From positions 9,796,001 through 9,860,000 of the forward strand of contig OZ059900.1 in NCBI GenBank assembly GCA_964057225.1: a stretch of DNA of 64,000 bases, given 5' to 3'. Shown here in pieces: positions 47,301-59,400 of the stretch. A program made the position numbers and the translations under genes. Position 1 is the first letter of the stretch; every line of letters begins with the position of its first letter. This stretch comes from Auanema rhodensis. Its lineage: Eukaryota > Animalia > Nematoda. Below the pieces are notes generated by a model that saw only the letters and a list, made by a program, of their open reading frames with translations, did no database searches and had not been told where the DNA came from.

Positions 47301-50300
47301 GACTGCTTCAATTTTGACAATTAAAGTTAATAATTCATCAAATGTTAATTTATTTCTTTGTATTGCCTTTTTCATTGCATTTTTAGTAATTCCCACCATT
47401 CTTTCCCAAGAACCTCCTTTCCATGGAGACTTAGGTGTGTTAAAGAGCCAATTTATGTTATTTTTGGCTAGATGGACTACAATATCAGCTGGGGTGAAAT
47501 TAAATTCAGCTGATTTTTGTATTGTCTCAATTAATTGAGCTCCGAGAATAAAATTACCCCCACAATCACTTCGCATTGTGGTTGGTAAACCTCGTCGGGC
47601 TATGAAACGAGTGAAAGCGTTCATAAATGAAGTCGCTGTTTGATCATAGACCATTTCAAGATGAATGGCACGTATGGTTAAGCAAGTAAAAAGACATACA
47701 TAGACCTTATGTCCACTTTTAAGCATAATAGGTCCAAATAAGTCGCAACCAGTGTTAAGAAATGGTTTAGTTAATATCACTCTATCTTTAGGCAATGAAG
47801 GCATATCAGGAGTGCCATATGGTAAAGATTGATATTTATTGCATAAATGACATTTCTTCAAAGTTTGTTTTATAATTGCTGCAGCGCGAGCAATAAAATA
47901 AGTTTGACGAAGATGTGTGATCAAAAATTCTTTTCCTTGATGAAAAGATGCGCGATGAGCGTCCATAATTATGTGTTGAGTGAATAATGAGTTGCGAGGA
48001 AGATAAATTGGGTTTTTTGTATCATAGGATAGTAAAGAATTTTGTAATCGGCTTCTTACTCGAATTATCTCGTTATCATCATGATAGAAATGATAACCAG
48101 GATATTGTCGTCGTAAATCATTAATAATGAGATGATCTTGAGCTTGTCGAATTAAAATAGTACGTATTATCTTCAAATCAGTTGTTAAAACGGGATATGA
48201 TGTTGATATTTGTGAAATATTTCGTAATTTATGTCCATTTTGATTTTTAAATGTTTTTAAATGCCAAATTTTTATAATTTTAGCCAAACGGGCTAACAAA
48301 CGTAAAGTTGCAAAATGACCGTTATGATAAGCTAGGTTATGTTCCAAAGGTACAGATATAGCTTGAGCTATAAGTAATGATACAGGTGAAACATGCATCA
48401 CTTGCAAGGAACCATATGGTGTTAAAGCTTGAACGGTTCTGTTAAGAATCCACTGTGGTCCAAGAAGCCACATAGATTCCTGAAGTTGATATTTATTGGC
48501 TCCTCGTGAACCAATGTCAGCCGGATTATAATCCGTAGTAACATGGTAAAATTGAACATTAATCGAATGTTCTTCTAATACACGGGTCATATGTTGTACA
48601 TTTTGAACTTGTTTTGCTATGAAGTCAGGTAATTGCTTATTTGTTAAAATCCATGATAACGCAATGCTGCTATCACTTACAATATTTAGTTTTTTACATG
48701 GTAATTCCATTAATATTGTGTGAGAAAGTCTCATAGCTAATCGAATAGCTAAGAGTTCCATGCGTGGAATTGTGATTGGTGTTTTAGGAGATAAGCGGCT
48801 TTTACCTGCTAGAATAGAACTCATTTTGTTGTTTGTCTGTATGTAAGCACACACAGCTAACGCTGTTGAACTAGCGTCAGCAAAGACCCATAATGTACCT
48901 TCTTCAATAGATGGTGATAGTACACGAGGTACAGTAACCTTAGCATAATTAATCTCGTTAATTATTGATGTCCAAGAGGCTGATAATTCAGAAGGTATAG
49001 TATCATCCCATTCTGTTTTAAGTGCAAAAATATCTCTAAGAATAACCTTCAAGGGTAAAATTAATGGATTTGTTATACCCAAAGGATCATAAACTGAATG
49101 TAATTGTTGTAATGCGTTTCGTTTGGTTACTGTTGAGAGTTCCGGTATATTGAATCGAATTGAAAGGGAATCACTTAGAGCATTATAAGGTACTCCAAGA
49201 ATTTTTAGTGGACAATCAGAGAGAATATCATCTTTATGAAGGTGCTGAAGAGCTTCTGACTTATTTGATGCGAATTCACGAACATGCATCGAAATATTTT
49301 GAAATAATTGTTGTGTAAGTGAACATTTTTGTTGAGCTTCATCTATACTATCAGCAAATAATAGAATATTATCTACATATAATGTATTTAATATTTCATC
49401 TGATAAGTCAGTATTCAAAGAGCTTAAATACCAATTTACACTCATGTTTAGAATGCTAGGTGAGGCAGTCAATCCAAATGGTATGCGTTTGAATCGAAAA
49501 ACCTTAGTATTACTTGAGTTACAACTTCCTTGAGGATCCTTTACCCAAAAGAAACGGCAAAGATCCCGATGTTGCTTCTGTAAGCCTACTTGTAAAAAGG
49601 CTGATTGAATATCACAAGTAATAATGATTGGTTTTATTCTTGAAGCAATGAGAATGTTGAAAATATTGTTCACAAAACTTTTTCCAGTATATAGTATGTC
49701 GTTAAGGGATAATTTACCCTTAGTTTTAGCTGAAGCATCGAAAACAACTCGTAAAGGTTTATTCGGCTTGTTTGTATTCCATACCCCATGATGTGGAATA
49801 TAATGACATATAATATCAGAATTATGATTATGGTTGGAAGTTTCAAAAGGAACTTCTTCAATGATACCGTTATCGATATAATCATCAATAATTTTCCTGT
49901 ACATTTCCAATTTCGAAGGATTTGCTTGTAAAGTTTTGAACAATGCCAAAAATCGATAAAAGGCTAAACCTTTATTATCTGGTAATTGATGATAATTTGA
50001 TTTCAATGGTAAAGGAGCTTCAATACGATGATTGGTTAGTGTCAACTGTTTTGAATAATCTTCGTAATAATCAATAGTTGTGTCAATTCCAGCTTCAGAA
50101 GTATTAATTCCTAAGCTATCAATTTCAAATATGTATCGAAGCATATCATTATGTTGTAATGGTTTATCATTAATTGTTATTAACGTAACAGAATGATTTT
50201 GATATGGTATTTCCCCATACAAGGTATAACCGAAACTGGTATTCTGCATTCTTAATGTAGAGGGTAACTCAAGTTCAGAATTCATATGAACGAATAACTT

Positions 50301-52295
50301 ATAGCGATCTAATCCAATTAGAATATCTGGTTCAAATGCCTGACCATCAATCATTGGATTAGCTAAAGTTATATTGTTTCTTTTAATGAATGAACGATCA
50401 TTATTGTCTAAAAGTGGAGCTCTTAATGATGTAGCTATGAATGGTTTCGTAAGCATGTTGGTTATGATGATACTGCCATTAGAAGTATAAAAAATAGTTT
50501 TCACTTCTTTACATTCATGTGTTTCGCTGAGGCCACCTATTCCAAAGAATGTGCGATGTTGAACTTTGTTAATAGGCAATTGAAGATCCTTAGCTATATC
50601 ACTACGTATGAAAGACCGCATAGAGCCACTGTCAATCACTACCTTTACTGTGATATATTTATTTTGACTGTAACTGAATATATGTGTCATAGCTGTTTTC
50701 AATACAATTTGACTCATCTCGATATCATGGGTATCCTCGGTATGTGTGAGCAATTGTAATTGTGTATTCTTAGGTTCAGTAACTATTAATGTTACTGGTA
50801 GATGATTGAAAAATGCTGGTTGTACTGTAGGTACTGTTTGTGATACAGTTGGTGTAGAAATGATGTCATTTTTATTTTGTGAGACTGTAAGGTCTGGAGT
50901 TTGTTGTCCTGCACTTTCTGTTATGATCATGCTTGTGGACGATATAGGTTTTACAGGACTCTTTGTTTCACGATCTAAATTTAGACATAAGCAACTGTTA
51001 TGCTCATTTTTGCATTTCGGGCATTTCGGTCGAGAACAATCACGACTGCGATGTGAAGTAGAGAAACAAAGCCAGCATACTTCTTTGTTCTTTAAGATTT
51101 CACGTTTTTTCTGTGGTGTGTCATAAGTACGGCAATAATAAGATGGATGTCCTTCTTTACCACAAAAAACACAAGTCCAAATTTTTTTAGTGGATTTGTC
51201 GAAAGTTTTATCAACATGTTTTCCACGATTTGGTGAATTATGTGAGTCATGTTCTGAATTTCGTTTTCTAGTGTCCATTAAACTGAATTCATAAATTCGT
51301 GAAGAGAGATGTTGATAAATGTCATCCATTGATTGATCTAGAGGATCTGGTTGACGATATAGTTCACTCATTATATAATGAGGAAATTTTTCAGCGCAAA
51401 TAGCAAAGAAAAATTCAGGACCAATATGACTTCCAGCGGCTGTAATTTGACGATCATAGCTTTGGATCAAATCAAATAATTGCTTACAGCTTTTTGCATC
51501 AGAAGCAGGAGATAAATTTTTCATTTTCCTCAATAATTGAAGTTTATCTGTAGCATATCTCATATATGCATTTTCAAGTGCTTTTCTCAGTAAGAGATAG
51601 TTGTTTTCATTAGGTTCAATACCCCTTATAACGACCAAAGCTTTATCGGATAAGCCTTCGAGTAAAATGTTCACTTTATCAAGTATGGAATATTGTGGAT
51701 TTTGATGTATCATGTTATTAAATCTTGACCAATACAGTTTGAAATTTTCGGGTGTACCATCGAAAGTCGGTATTTGTGTTACCGGACGTTGAATATGATT
51801 GCTTGTTTGTAACAATTGTAATAAATTTGAATAAATTTGTGTTGTTTCGGTACCAGTGCTTTCGATTACTTTTTCTTTCTTTTTCTCGGGAAGTAGTGAT
51901 TCCACGAATGCAATTGCTGTTTTAATATGACTGATACGGTCAAGGAGTAATAATCTTTGTTCGTCAGCTATATTGTAAGCTTGACGATTGTTTGGATTTT
52001 CTTCAAGTTCTTCGTATAATGCTTTCATTTCGTTTCGAAGATCCTTATCAGAATCTTTGAAAACGGTTTGGTATTTTTCTATGTTTCTGTTCACTGTGTC
52101 GAGAGCAGTAGAGAGCTCGTTCAATACCAATTCATGATTGCGTAAAGTTGATTGCAGTAAAATAATTCTATCGTATGTTATTTCTGAATCAGATACCCCG
52201 GCGGGTTCGTTGTCGAGAAGATTTGCGTAACGTTTCAGCAAAACGGATAAGAAGTCGTATGAACGACGAATGTCGCCAACAAATGAGGAGGCCAT
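44382..52295 (-). CDS. Gag-Pol-Env polyprotein, 2637 aa (nested copy)
   Basis: It has the same domains as 53412-61325. I count about 11 amino-acid differences between the two translations. Confidence 0.96.
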   Translation of the reverse strand: MASSFVGDIRRSYDFLSVLLKRYANLLDNEPAGVSDSEITYDRIILLQSTLRNHELVLNELSTALDTVNRNIEKYQTVFKDSDKDLRNEMKALYEELEENPNNRQAYNIADEQRLLLLDRISHIKTAIAFVESLLPEKKKEKVIESTGTETTQIYSNLLQLLQTSNHIQRPVTQIPTFDGTPENFKLYWSRFNNMIHQNPQYSILDKVNILLEGLSDKALVVIRGIEPNENNYLLLRKALENAYMRYATDKLQLLRKMKNLSPASDAKSCKQLFDLIQSYDRQITAAGSHIGPEFFFAICAEKFPHYIMSELYRQPDPLDQSMDDIYQHLSSRIYEFSLMDTRKRNSEHDSHNSPNRGKHVDKTFDKSTKKIWTCVFCGKEGHPSYYCRTYDTPQKKREILKNKEVCWLCFSTSHRSRDCSRPKCPKCKNEHNSCLCLNLDRETKSPVKPISSTSMIITESAGQQTPDLTVSQNKNDIISTPTVSQTVPTVQPAFFNHLPVTLIVTEPKNTQLQLLTHTEDTHDIEMSQIVLKTAMTHIFSYSQNKYITVKVVIDSGSMRSFIRSDIAKDLQLPINKVQHRTFFGIGGLSETHECKEVKTIFYTSNGSIIITNMLTKPFIATSLRAPLLDNNDRSFIKRNNITLANPMIDGQAFEPDILIGLDRYKLFVHMNSELELPSTLRMQNTSFGYTLYGEIPYQNHSVTLITINDKPLQHNDMLRYIFEIDSLGINTSEAGIDTTIDYYEDYSKQLTLTNHRIEAPLPLKSNYHQLPDNKGLAFYRFLALFKTLQANPSKLEMYRKIIDDYIDNGIIEEVPFETSNHNHNSDIICHYIPHHGVWNTNKPNKPLRVVFDASAKTKGKLSLNDILYTGKSFVNNIFNILIASRIKPIIITCDIQSAFLQVGLQKQHRDLCRFFWVKDPQGSCNSSNTKVFRFKRIPFGLTASPSILNMSVNWYLSSLNTDLSDEILNTLYVDNILLFADSIDEAQQKCSLTQQLFQNISMHVREFASNKSEALQHLHKDDILSDCPLKILGVPYNALSDSLSIRFNIPELSTVTKRNALQQLHSVYDPLGITNPLILPLKVILRDIFALKTEWDDTIPSELSASWTSIINEINYAKVTVPRVLSPSIEEGTLWVFADASSTALAVCAYIQTNNKMSSILAGKSRLSPKTPITIPRMELLAIRLAMRLSHTILMELPCKKLNIVSDSSIALSWILTNKQLPDFIAKQVQNVQHMTRVLEEHSINVQFYHVTTDYNPADIGSRGANKYQLQESMWLLGPQWILNRTVQALTPYGSLQVMHVSPVSLLIAQAISVPLEHNLAYHNGHFATLRLLARLAKIIKIWHLKTFKNQNGHKLRNISQISTSYPVLTTDLKIIRTILIRQAQDHLIINDLRRQYPGYHFYHDDNEIIRVRSRLQNSLLSYDTKNPIYLPRNSLFTQHIIMDAHRASFHQGKEFLITHLRQTYFIARAAAIIKQTLKKCHLCNKYQSLPYGTPDMPSLPKDRVILTKPFLNTGCDLFGPIMLKSGHKVYVCLFTCLTIRAIHLEMVYDQTATSFMNAFTRFIARRGLPTTMRSDCGGNFILGAQLIETIQKSAEFNFTPADIVVHLAKNNINWLFNTPKSPWKGGSWERMVGITKNAMKKAIQRNKLTFDELLTLIVKIEAVINTRPLTHPDPNNINHVPIRPVDFISPGLVLSLPDDCGSRVYNNSIDIPVIQNVEQALKTLQLTSDAATMFWDKFQTEYLIYIRDIYKHSRKQPSANANKPNIGEIVVIHNDNLPRGQWKLGRITELISSSDGFIRTAKVLTPAGNIISRSLNHLYPLELRSVLPDMTSIPRSTPSEDTSLSLKVGSASDMMNLDAQPIQEYIIRSNSPVPSIHETNNVVTCPEPIDINNPQKIYIPTSKISSIHNPILEEEAELQLWGPGHTPDDNRKKLQKKNISKAKQTIILPTIDQNDVKPSTETNEKRVRTLPLRDHITYASRKNFKSAMTSAILIFTIISIFLPVASANSVVCDEAKFLSIHLLGNPHCAPHLAMWSLFLPLCCLFGILCCCIRIGFHQYRYNSWSNTIRYISSFFTLRPHTPEQNDIELGVIEPPPTSSENIPHIEPKLYPPFWKRGSRLSIISILTIFLINNATACTDHHVIHSVSTHCLNRTQCYHQYSDQIVFSPGVKDLCLDIKFKNHSIGYIQIRKLYTSYECKKTTKFFTKATLPKLTVDFRCAHMGSCDQTCETMNHRSRISEFEPYNYPTQSKCVRSSAHIWRCLTFWENPCLFYKLEHVPTSDDIFEVFKCEDWTTSSTFEITTHIVKDKNIYNITIPPYLKMNYSFFNMTINTQDKPPTPLHNYYFVASNNQIFAVEPHFPFMVQCISKADTSDNFSRCTTVIDCTCNKINNDVAGCICPQHNFTHFSHILPPYMANTETIYKPDTSLTFRTQYDETTVSIDSELLYDSNTFSYDIPCRPLLISLSGCYSCGQGASALFSCMSSKETWIPIECSKDVFMIKCSPFNEITNINIKRDNSIINEVCHTKCNHEKIDIIVTGQLYFNSSTNEPNEIHSNQNSVIIPDIIPFLKLFKEHWMMFSICVVFLIIICFLGYLGCTPAIYFFLITAFRTIKIIIDTTTKFFFILRNLCFDRRF

Positions 52296-52564
52296 TTCTA
52301 ACGCTGTGTGAGGCGTAATAGGTAAGCTTCTATAGCTGATAATGATGAATAAAATTCAGAAAATGAGAGAGAACAAGAAATGAAAGTTGTACAAAGTACA
52401 ACAAATGAGTATGAGATATACGACTTGTCGTATCTTGGAGCGTTATTATGCTCCGAAATTATATCGATTACTGCAGGCAAATTCACGCCTGAGCTGATGG
52501 ACTTAAGAGTCGCCACCAAATTAAATGATAAAGTACCTGTTGAAGCAGTGACCTGAGTCGTGAT

Positions 52565-52577
52565 GGTCGATGCACCA
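52565..52577 (-). promoter_or_regulatory. Primer-binding site (tRNA-Gly GCC), nested copy
   Basis: TGGTGCATCGACC lies 1 nt inside the 5' LTR and is complementary to the nematode tRNA-Gly(GCC) 3' end …GGTCGATGCACCA. Confidence 0.88.
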
Positions 52578-52578
52578 A

Positions 52579-52880
52579 TGTCGCTTCGGCGAAGGTATTC
52601 GGTTGTCGGTATTCCGCTGAGAATTAATAGAACAGATAGTTAGTGGTAGAATGCTTTATTAAAGAGAAAGTTAACAATTCAACAAAATATAGATCGTCTA
52701 TACTCCGTTGAGGTTTGGTTGAGGTATGTCTTGTATTTTCCGATCCCAAAGATGAAGATATGGGAAGGCGGGCCGAAAAGTACAATCTGAAATAGACAAA
52801 GTAAAGGAAAACGATAAAAACAAAACTGAAATGGAACAAAACATAGAAAAAAGAATAAAAAATAATCGCTAACCGCGACA
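52579..52880 (-). repeat. Nested element 5' LTR (302 bp)
   Basis: TGTCGC…GCGACA termini; adjacent to the PBS. Confidence 0.95.
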
Positions 52881-52885
52881 GTTTT

Positions 52886-53128
52886 GTTTTTATCGTTTTC
52901 CTTTACTTTGTCTATTTCAGATTGTACTTTTCGGCCCGCCTTCCCATATCTTCATCTTTGGGATCGGAAAATACAAGATATACCTCAACCAAACCTCAAC
53001 GGAGTATAGACGATCTATATTTTGTTGAATTGTTAACTTTCTCTTTAATAAAGCATTCTACCACTGACTATCTGTTCTATTAATTCTCAGCGGAATACCG
53101 ACAACCGAATACCTTCGCCGAAGCGACA
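52886..53128 (+). repeat. Host element 5' LTR, remaining 243 bp
   Basis: Matches 61948-62190, and 59+243=302 bp. Confidence 0.95.
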
Positions 53129-53129
53129 T

Positions 53130-53142
53130 TGGTGCATCGACC
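53130..53142 (+). promoter_or_regulatory. Primer-binding site (tRNA-Gly GCC), host copy
   Basis: TGGTGCATCGACC lies 1 nt after the LTR end. Confidence 0.88.
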
Positions 53143-53411
53143 ATCACGACTCAGGTCACTGCTTCAACAGGTACTTTATCATTTAATTTGGTGGCGACTC
53201 TTAAGTCCATCAGCTCAGGCGTGAATTTGCCTGCAGTAATCGATATAATTTCGGAGCATAATAACGCTCCAAGATACGACAAGTCGTATATCTCATACTC
53301 ATTTGTTGTACTTTGTACAACTTTCATTTCTTGTTCTCTCTCATTTTCTGAATTTTATTCATCATTATCAGCTATAGAAGCTTACCTATTACGCCTCACA
53401 CAGCGTTAGAA

Positions 53412-56400
53412 ATGGCCTCCTCATTTGTTGGCGACATTCGTCGTTCATACGACTTCTTATCCGTTTTGCTCAAACGTTACGCAAATCTTCTCGACAACGA
53501 ACCCGCCGGGGTATCTGATTCAGAAATAACATACGATAGAATTATTTTACTGCAATCAACTTTACGCAATCATGAATTGGTATTGAACGAGCTCTCTACT
53601 GCTCTCGACACAGTGAACAGAAACATAGAAAAATACCAAACCGTTTTCAAAGATTCTGATAAGGAACTTCGAAACGAAATGAAAGCATTATACGAAGAAC
53701 TTGAAGAAAATCCAAACAATCGTCAAGCTTACAATATAGCTGACGAACAAAGATTATTACTCCTTGACCGTATCAGTCATATTAAAACAGCAATTGCATT
53801 CGTGGAATCACTACTTCCCGAGAAAAAGAAAGAAAAAGTAATCGAAAGCACTGGTACCGAAACAACACAAATTTATTCAAATTTATTACAATTGTTACAA
53901 ACAAGCAATCATATTCAACGTCCGGTAACACAAATACCGACTTTTGATGGTACACCCGAAAATTTCAAACTGTATTGGTCAAGATTTAATAACATGATAC
54001 ATCAAAATCCACAATATTCCATACTTGATAAAGTGAACATTTTACTCGAAGGCTTATCCGATAAAGCTTTGGTCGTTATAAGGGGTATTGAACCTAATGA
54101 AAACAACTATCTCTTACTGAGAAAAGCACTTGAAAATGCATATATGAGATATGCTACAGATAAACTTCAATTATTGAGGAAAATGAAAAATTTATCTCCT
54201 GCTTCGGATGCAAAAAGCTGTAAGCAATTATTTGATTTGATCCAAAGCTATGATCGTCAAATTACAGCCGCTGGAAGTCATATTGGTCCTGAATTTTTCT
54301 TTGCTATTTGCGCTGAAAAATTTCCTCATTATATAATGAGTGAACTATATCGTCAACCAGATCCTCTAGATCAATCAATGGATGACATTTATCAACATCT
54401 CTCTTCACGAATTTATGAATTCAGTTTAATGGACACTAGAAAACGAAATTCAGAACATGACTCACATAATTCACCAAATCGTGGAAAACATGTTGATAAA
54501 ACTTTCGACAAATCCACTAAAAAAATTTGGACTTGTGTTTTTTGTGGTAAAGAAGGACATCCATCTTATTATTGCCGTACTTATGACACACCACAGAAAA
54601 AACGTGAAATCTTAAAGAACAAAGAAGTATGCTGGCTTTGTTTCTCTACTTCACATCGCAGTCGTGATTGTTCTCGACCGAAATGCCCGAAATGCAAAAA
54701 TGAGCATAACAGTTGCTTATGTCTAAATTTAGATCGTGAAACAAAGAGTCCTGTAAAACCTATATCGTCCACAAGCATGATCATAACAGAAAGTGCAGGA
54801 CAACAAACTCCAGACCTTACAGTCTCACAAAATAAAAATGACATCATTTCTACACCAACTGTATCACAAACAGTACCTACAGTACAACCAGCATTTTTCA
54901 ATCATCTACCAGTAACATTAATAGTTACTGAACCTAAGAATACACAATTACAATTGCTCACACAGACCGAGGATACCCATGATATCGAGATGAGTCAAAT
55001 TGTATTGAAAACAGCTATGACACATATATTCAGTTACACACAAAATAAATATATCACAGTAAAGGTAGTGATTGACAGTGGCTCTATGCGGTCTTTCATA
55101 CGTAGTGATATAGCTACGGATCTTCAATTGCCTATTAACAAAGTTCAACACCGCACATTCTTTGGAATAGGTGGCCTCAGCGAAACACATGAATGTAAAG
55201 AAGTGAAAACTATTTTTTATACTTCTAATGGCAGTATCATCATAACCAACATGCTTACGAAACCATTCATAGCTACATCATTAAGAGCTCCACTTTTAGA
55301 CAATAATGATCGTTCATTCATTAAAAGAAACAATATAACTTTAGCTAATCCAATGATTGATGGTCAGGCATTTGAACCAGATATTCTAATTGGATTAGAT
55401 CGCTATAAGTTATTCGTTCATATGAATTCTGAACTTGAGTTACCCTCTACATTAAGAATGCAGAATACCAGTTTCGGTTATACCTTGTATGGGGAAATAC
55501 CATATCAAAATCATTCTGTTACGTTAATAACAATTAATGATAAACCATTACAACATAATGATATGCTTCGATACATATTTGAAATTGATAGCTTAGGAAT
55601 TAATACTTCTGAAGCTGGAATTGACACAACTATTGATTATTACGAAGATTATTCAAAACAGTTGACACTAACCAATCATCGTATTGAAGCTCCTTTACCA
55701 TTGAAATCAAATTATCATCAATTACCAGATAATAAAGGTTTAGCCTTTTATCGATTTTTGGCATTGTTCAAAACTTTACAAGCAAATCCTTCGAAATTGG
55801 AAATGTACAGGAAAATTATTGATGATTATATCGATAACGGTATCATTGAAGAAGTTCCTTTTGAAACTTCCAACAATAATCATAATTCTGATATTATATG
55901 TCATTATATTCCACATCATGGGGTATGGAATACAAACAAGCCGAATAAACCTTTACGAGTTGTTTTCGATGCTTCAGCTAAAACTAAGGGTAAATTATCC
56001 CTTAACGACATACTATATACTGGAAAAAGTTTTGTGAACAATATTTTCAACATTCTCATTGCTTCAAGAATAAAACCAATCATTATTACTTGTGATATTC
56101 AATCAGCCTTTTTACAAGTAGGCTTACAGAAGCAACATCGGGATCTTTGCCGTTTCTTTTGGGTAAAGGATCCTCAAGGAAGTTGTAACTCAAGTAATAC
56201 TAAGGTTTTTCGATTCAAACGCATACCATTTGGATTGACTGCCTCACCTAGCATTCTAAACATGAGTGTAAATTGGTATTTAAGCTCTTTGAATACTGAC
56301 TTATCAGATGAAATATTAAATACATTATATGTAGATAATATTCTATTATTTGCTGATAGTATAGATGAAGCTCAACAGAAATGTTCACTTACACAACAAT

Positions 56401-59400
56401 TATTTCAAAATATTTCGATGCATGTTCGTGAATTCGCATCGAATAAGTCAGAAGCTCTTCAGCACCTTCATAAAGATGATATTCTCTCTGATTGTCCACT
56501 AAAAATTCTTGGAGTACCTTATAATGCTCTAAGTGATTCCCTTTCAATTCGATTCAATATACCGGAACTCTCTACAGTAACCAAACGAAACGCATTACAA
56601 CAATTACATTCAGTTTATGATCCTTTGGGCATAACAAATCCATTAATTTTACCCTTGAAGGTTATTCTTAGAGATATTTTTGCACTTAAAACAGAATGGG
56701 ATGATACTATACCTTCTGAATTATCAGCCTCTTGGACATCAATAATTAACGAAATTAATTATGCTAAGGTTACTGTACCTCGTGTACTATCACCATCTAT
56801 TGAAGAAGGTACATTATGGGTCTTTGCTGACGCTAGTTCAACAGCGTTAGCTGTGTGTGCTTACATACAGACAAACAACAAAATGAGTTCTATTCTAGCA
56901 GGTAAAAGCCGCTTATCTCCTAAAACACCAATTACAATTCCACGCATGGAACTCTTAGCTATTCGATTAGCTATGAGACTTTCTCACACAATATTAATGG
57001 AATTACCATGTAAAAAACTAAATATTGTAAGTGATAGCAGCATTGCGTTATCATGGATTTTAACAAATAAGCAATTACCTGACTTCATAGCAAAACAAGT
57101 TCAAAATGTACAACATATGACCCGTGTATTAGAAGAACATTCGATTAATGTTCAATTTTACCATGTTACTACGGATTATAATCCGGCTGACATTGGTTCA
57201 CGAGGAGCCAATAAATATCAACTTCAGGAATCTATGTGGCTTCTTGGACCACAGTGGATTCTTAACAGAACCGTTCAAGCTTTAACACCATATGGTTCCT
57301 TGCAAGTGATGCATGTTTCACCTGTATCATTACTTATAGCTCAAGCTATATCTGTACCCTTGGAACATAACCTAGCTTATCATAACGGTCATTTTGCAAC
57401 TTTACGTTTGTTAGCCCGTTTGGCTAAAATTATAAAAATTTGGCATTTAAAAACATTTAAAAATCAAACTGGACATAAATTACGGAATATTTCACAAATA
57501 TCAACATCATATCCCGTTTTAACAACTGATTTGAAGATAATACGTACTATTTTAATTCGACAAGCTCAAGATCATCTCATTATTAATGATTTACGACGAC
57601 AATATCCTGGTTATCATTTCTATCATGATGATAACGAGATAATTCGAGTAAGAAGCCGATTACAAAATTCTTTACTATCCTATGATACAAAAAACCCAAT
57701 TTATCTTCCTCGCAACTCATTATTCACTCAACACATAATTATGGACGCTCATCGCGCATCTTTTCATCAAGGAAAAGAATTTTTGATCACACATCTTCGT
57801 CAAACTTATTTTATTGCTCGCGCTGCAGCAATTATAAAACAAACTTTGAAGAAATGTCATTTATGCAATAAATATCAATCTTTACCATATGGCACTCCTG
57901 ATATGCCTTCATTGCCTAAAGATAGAGTGATATTAACTAAACCATTTCTTAACACTGGTTGCGACTTATTTGGACCTATTATGCTTAAAAGTGGACATAA
58001 GGTCTATGTATGTCTTTTTACTTGCTTAACCATACGTGCCATTCATCTTGAAATGGTCTATGATCAAACAGCGACTTCATTTATGAACGCTTTCACTCGT
58101 TTCATAGCCCGACGAGGTTTACCAACCACAATGCGAAGTGATTGTGGGGGTAATTTTATTCTCGGAGCTCAATTAATTGAGACAATACAAAAATCAGCTG
58201 AATTTAATTTCACCCCAGCTGATATTGTAGTCCATCTAGCCAAAAATAACATAAATTGGCTCTTTAACACACCTAAGTCTCCATGGAAAGGAGGTTCTTG
58301 GGAAAGAATGGTGGGAATTACTAAAAATGCAATGAAAAAGGCAATACAAAGAAATAAATTAACATTTGATGAATTATTAACTTTAATTGTCAAAATTGAA
58401 GCAGTCATTAACACAAGGCCTTTAACACATCCAGATCCAAATAATATAAATCACGTACCTATTCGTCCTGTCGATTTCATTTCGCCTGGTCTTGTTCTTT
58501 CCCTACCGGATGATTGTGGTTCTCGAGTTTATAATAATTCCATTGATATTCCTGTAATACAAAACGTTGAACAAGCATTAGAAACTTTACAACTTACTTC
58601 TGATGCAGCTACGATGTTTTGGGATAAATTTCAAACAGAATATTTGATATATATTCGTGATATATACAAACATTCCCGAAAACAACCTTCAGCAAATGCC
58701 AATAAACCTAATATTGGTGAAATTGTAGTTATACATAACGATAACTTACCTCGTGGTCAATGGAAACTTGGTCGAATCACAGAACTTATAAGTAGTTCTG
58801 ATGGATTCATTCGTACAGCTAAAGTTCTCACTCCAGCTGGGAACATCATATCTCGTTCCTTAAATCATCTATATCCACTTGAATTACGAAGTGTTTTACC
58901 TGATATGACATCAATTCCTCGATCTACTCCTTCCGAAGACACTTCATTGTCTTTGAAGGTAGGATCTGCTTCGGATATGATGAACCTTGATGCTCAACCA
59001 ATACAGGAATATATTATAAGATCAAACTCACCTGTACCTTCAATCCATGAAACGAACAATGTGGTTACATGTCCTGAACCAATAGATATTAATAATCCTC
59101 AAAAAATTTACATACCTACGTCCAAAATTTCTTCGATACATAATCCGATCCTTGAGGAAGAAGCTGAATTACAATTATGGGGTCCAGGTCATACGCCTGA
59201 CGATAATCGTAAAAAATTACAAAAGAAAAACACAAGTAAAGCAAAACAAACCATAATTTTGCCTACCATTGACCAAAACGACGTAAAACCATCTACTGAA
59301 ACAAACGAAAAACGTGTTCGCACCTTACCTTTACGGGATCACATCACATACGCTTCGCGAAAGAATTTCAAATCAGCAATGACGTCTGCAATTTTAATTT

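Larger units (their letters stand above)
43972..52880 (-). mobile_element. Second copy of the same BEL/Pao family (8909 bp), nested in reverse orientation in the host 5' LTR
   Basis: It has its own pair of 302-bp LTRs, a TSD GTTTT (43967-43971 and 52881-52885), a PBS and an intact 2637-aa ORF. It lacks the 455-bp accessory ORF segment. Confidence 0.96.

Noticed and set aside
53189-53200. TGGTGGCGACTC as a second PBS
   Set aside because: It is 60 nt from the LTR end and I cannot match it convincingly to a tRNA 3' end.
53188-53409. 73-aa ORF in the retroelement leader (mirror at 52298-52519)
   Set aside because: It starts at TTG, contains no ATG and has no recognisable motif. It is present twice only because the element is.
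56328-56339. YVDN instead of YxDD in RT as an inactivating mutation
   Set aside because: YVDN is common in nematode BEL/Pao RTs and is shared by both recently transposed copies.
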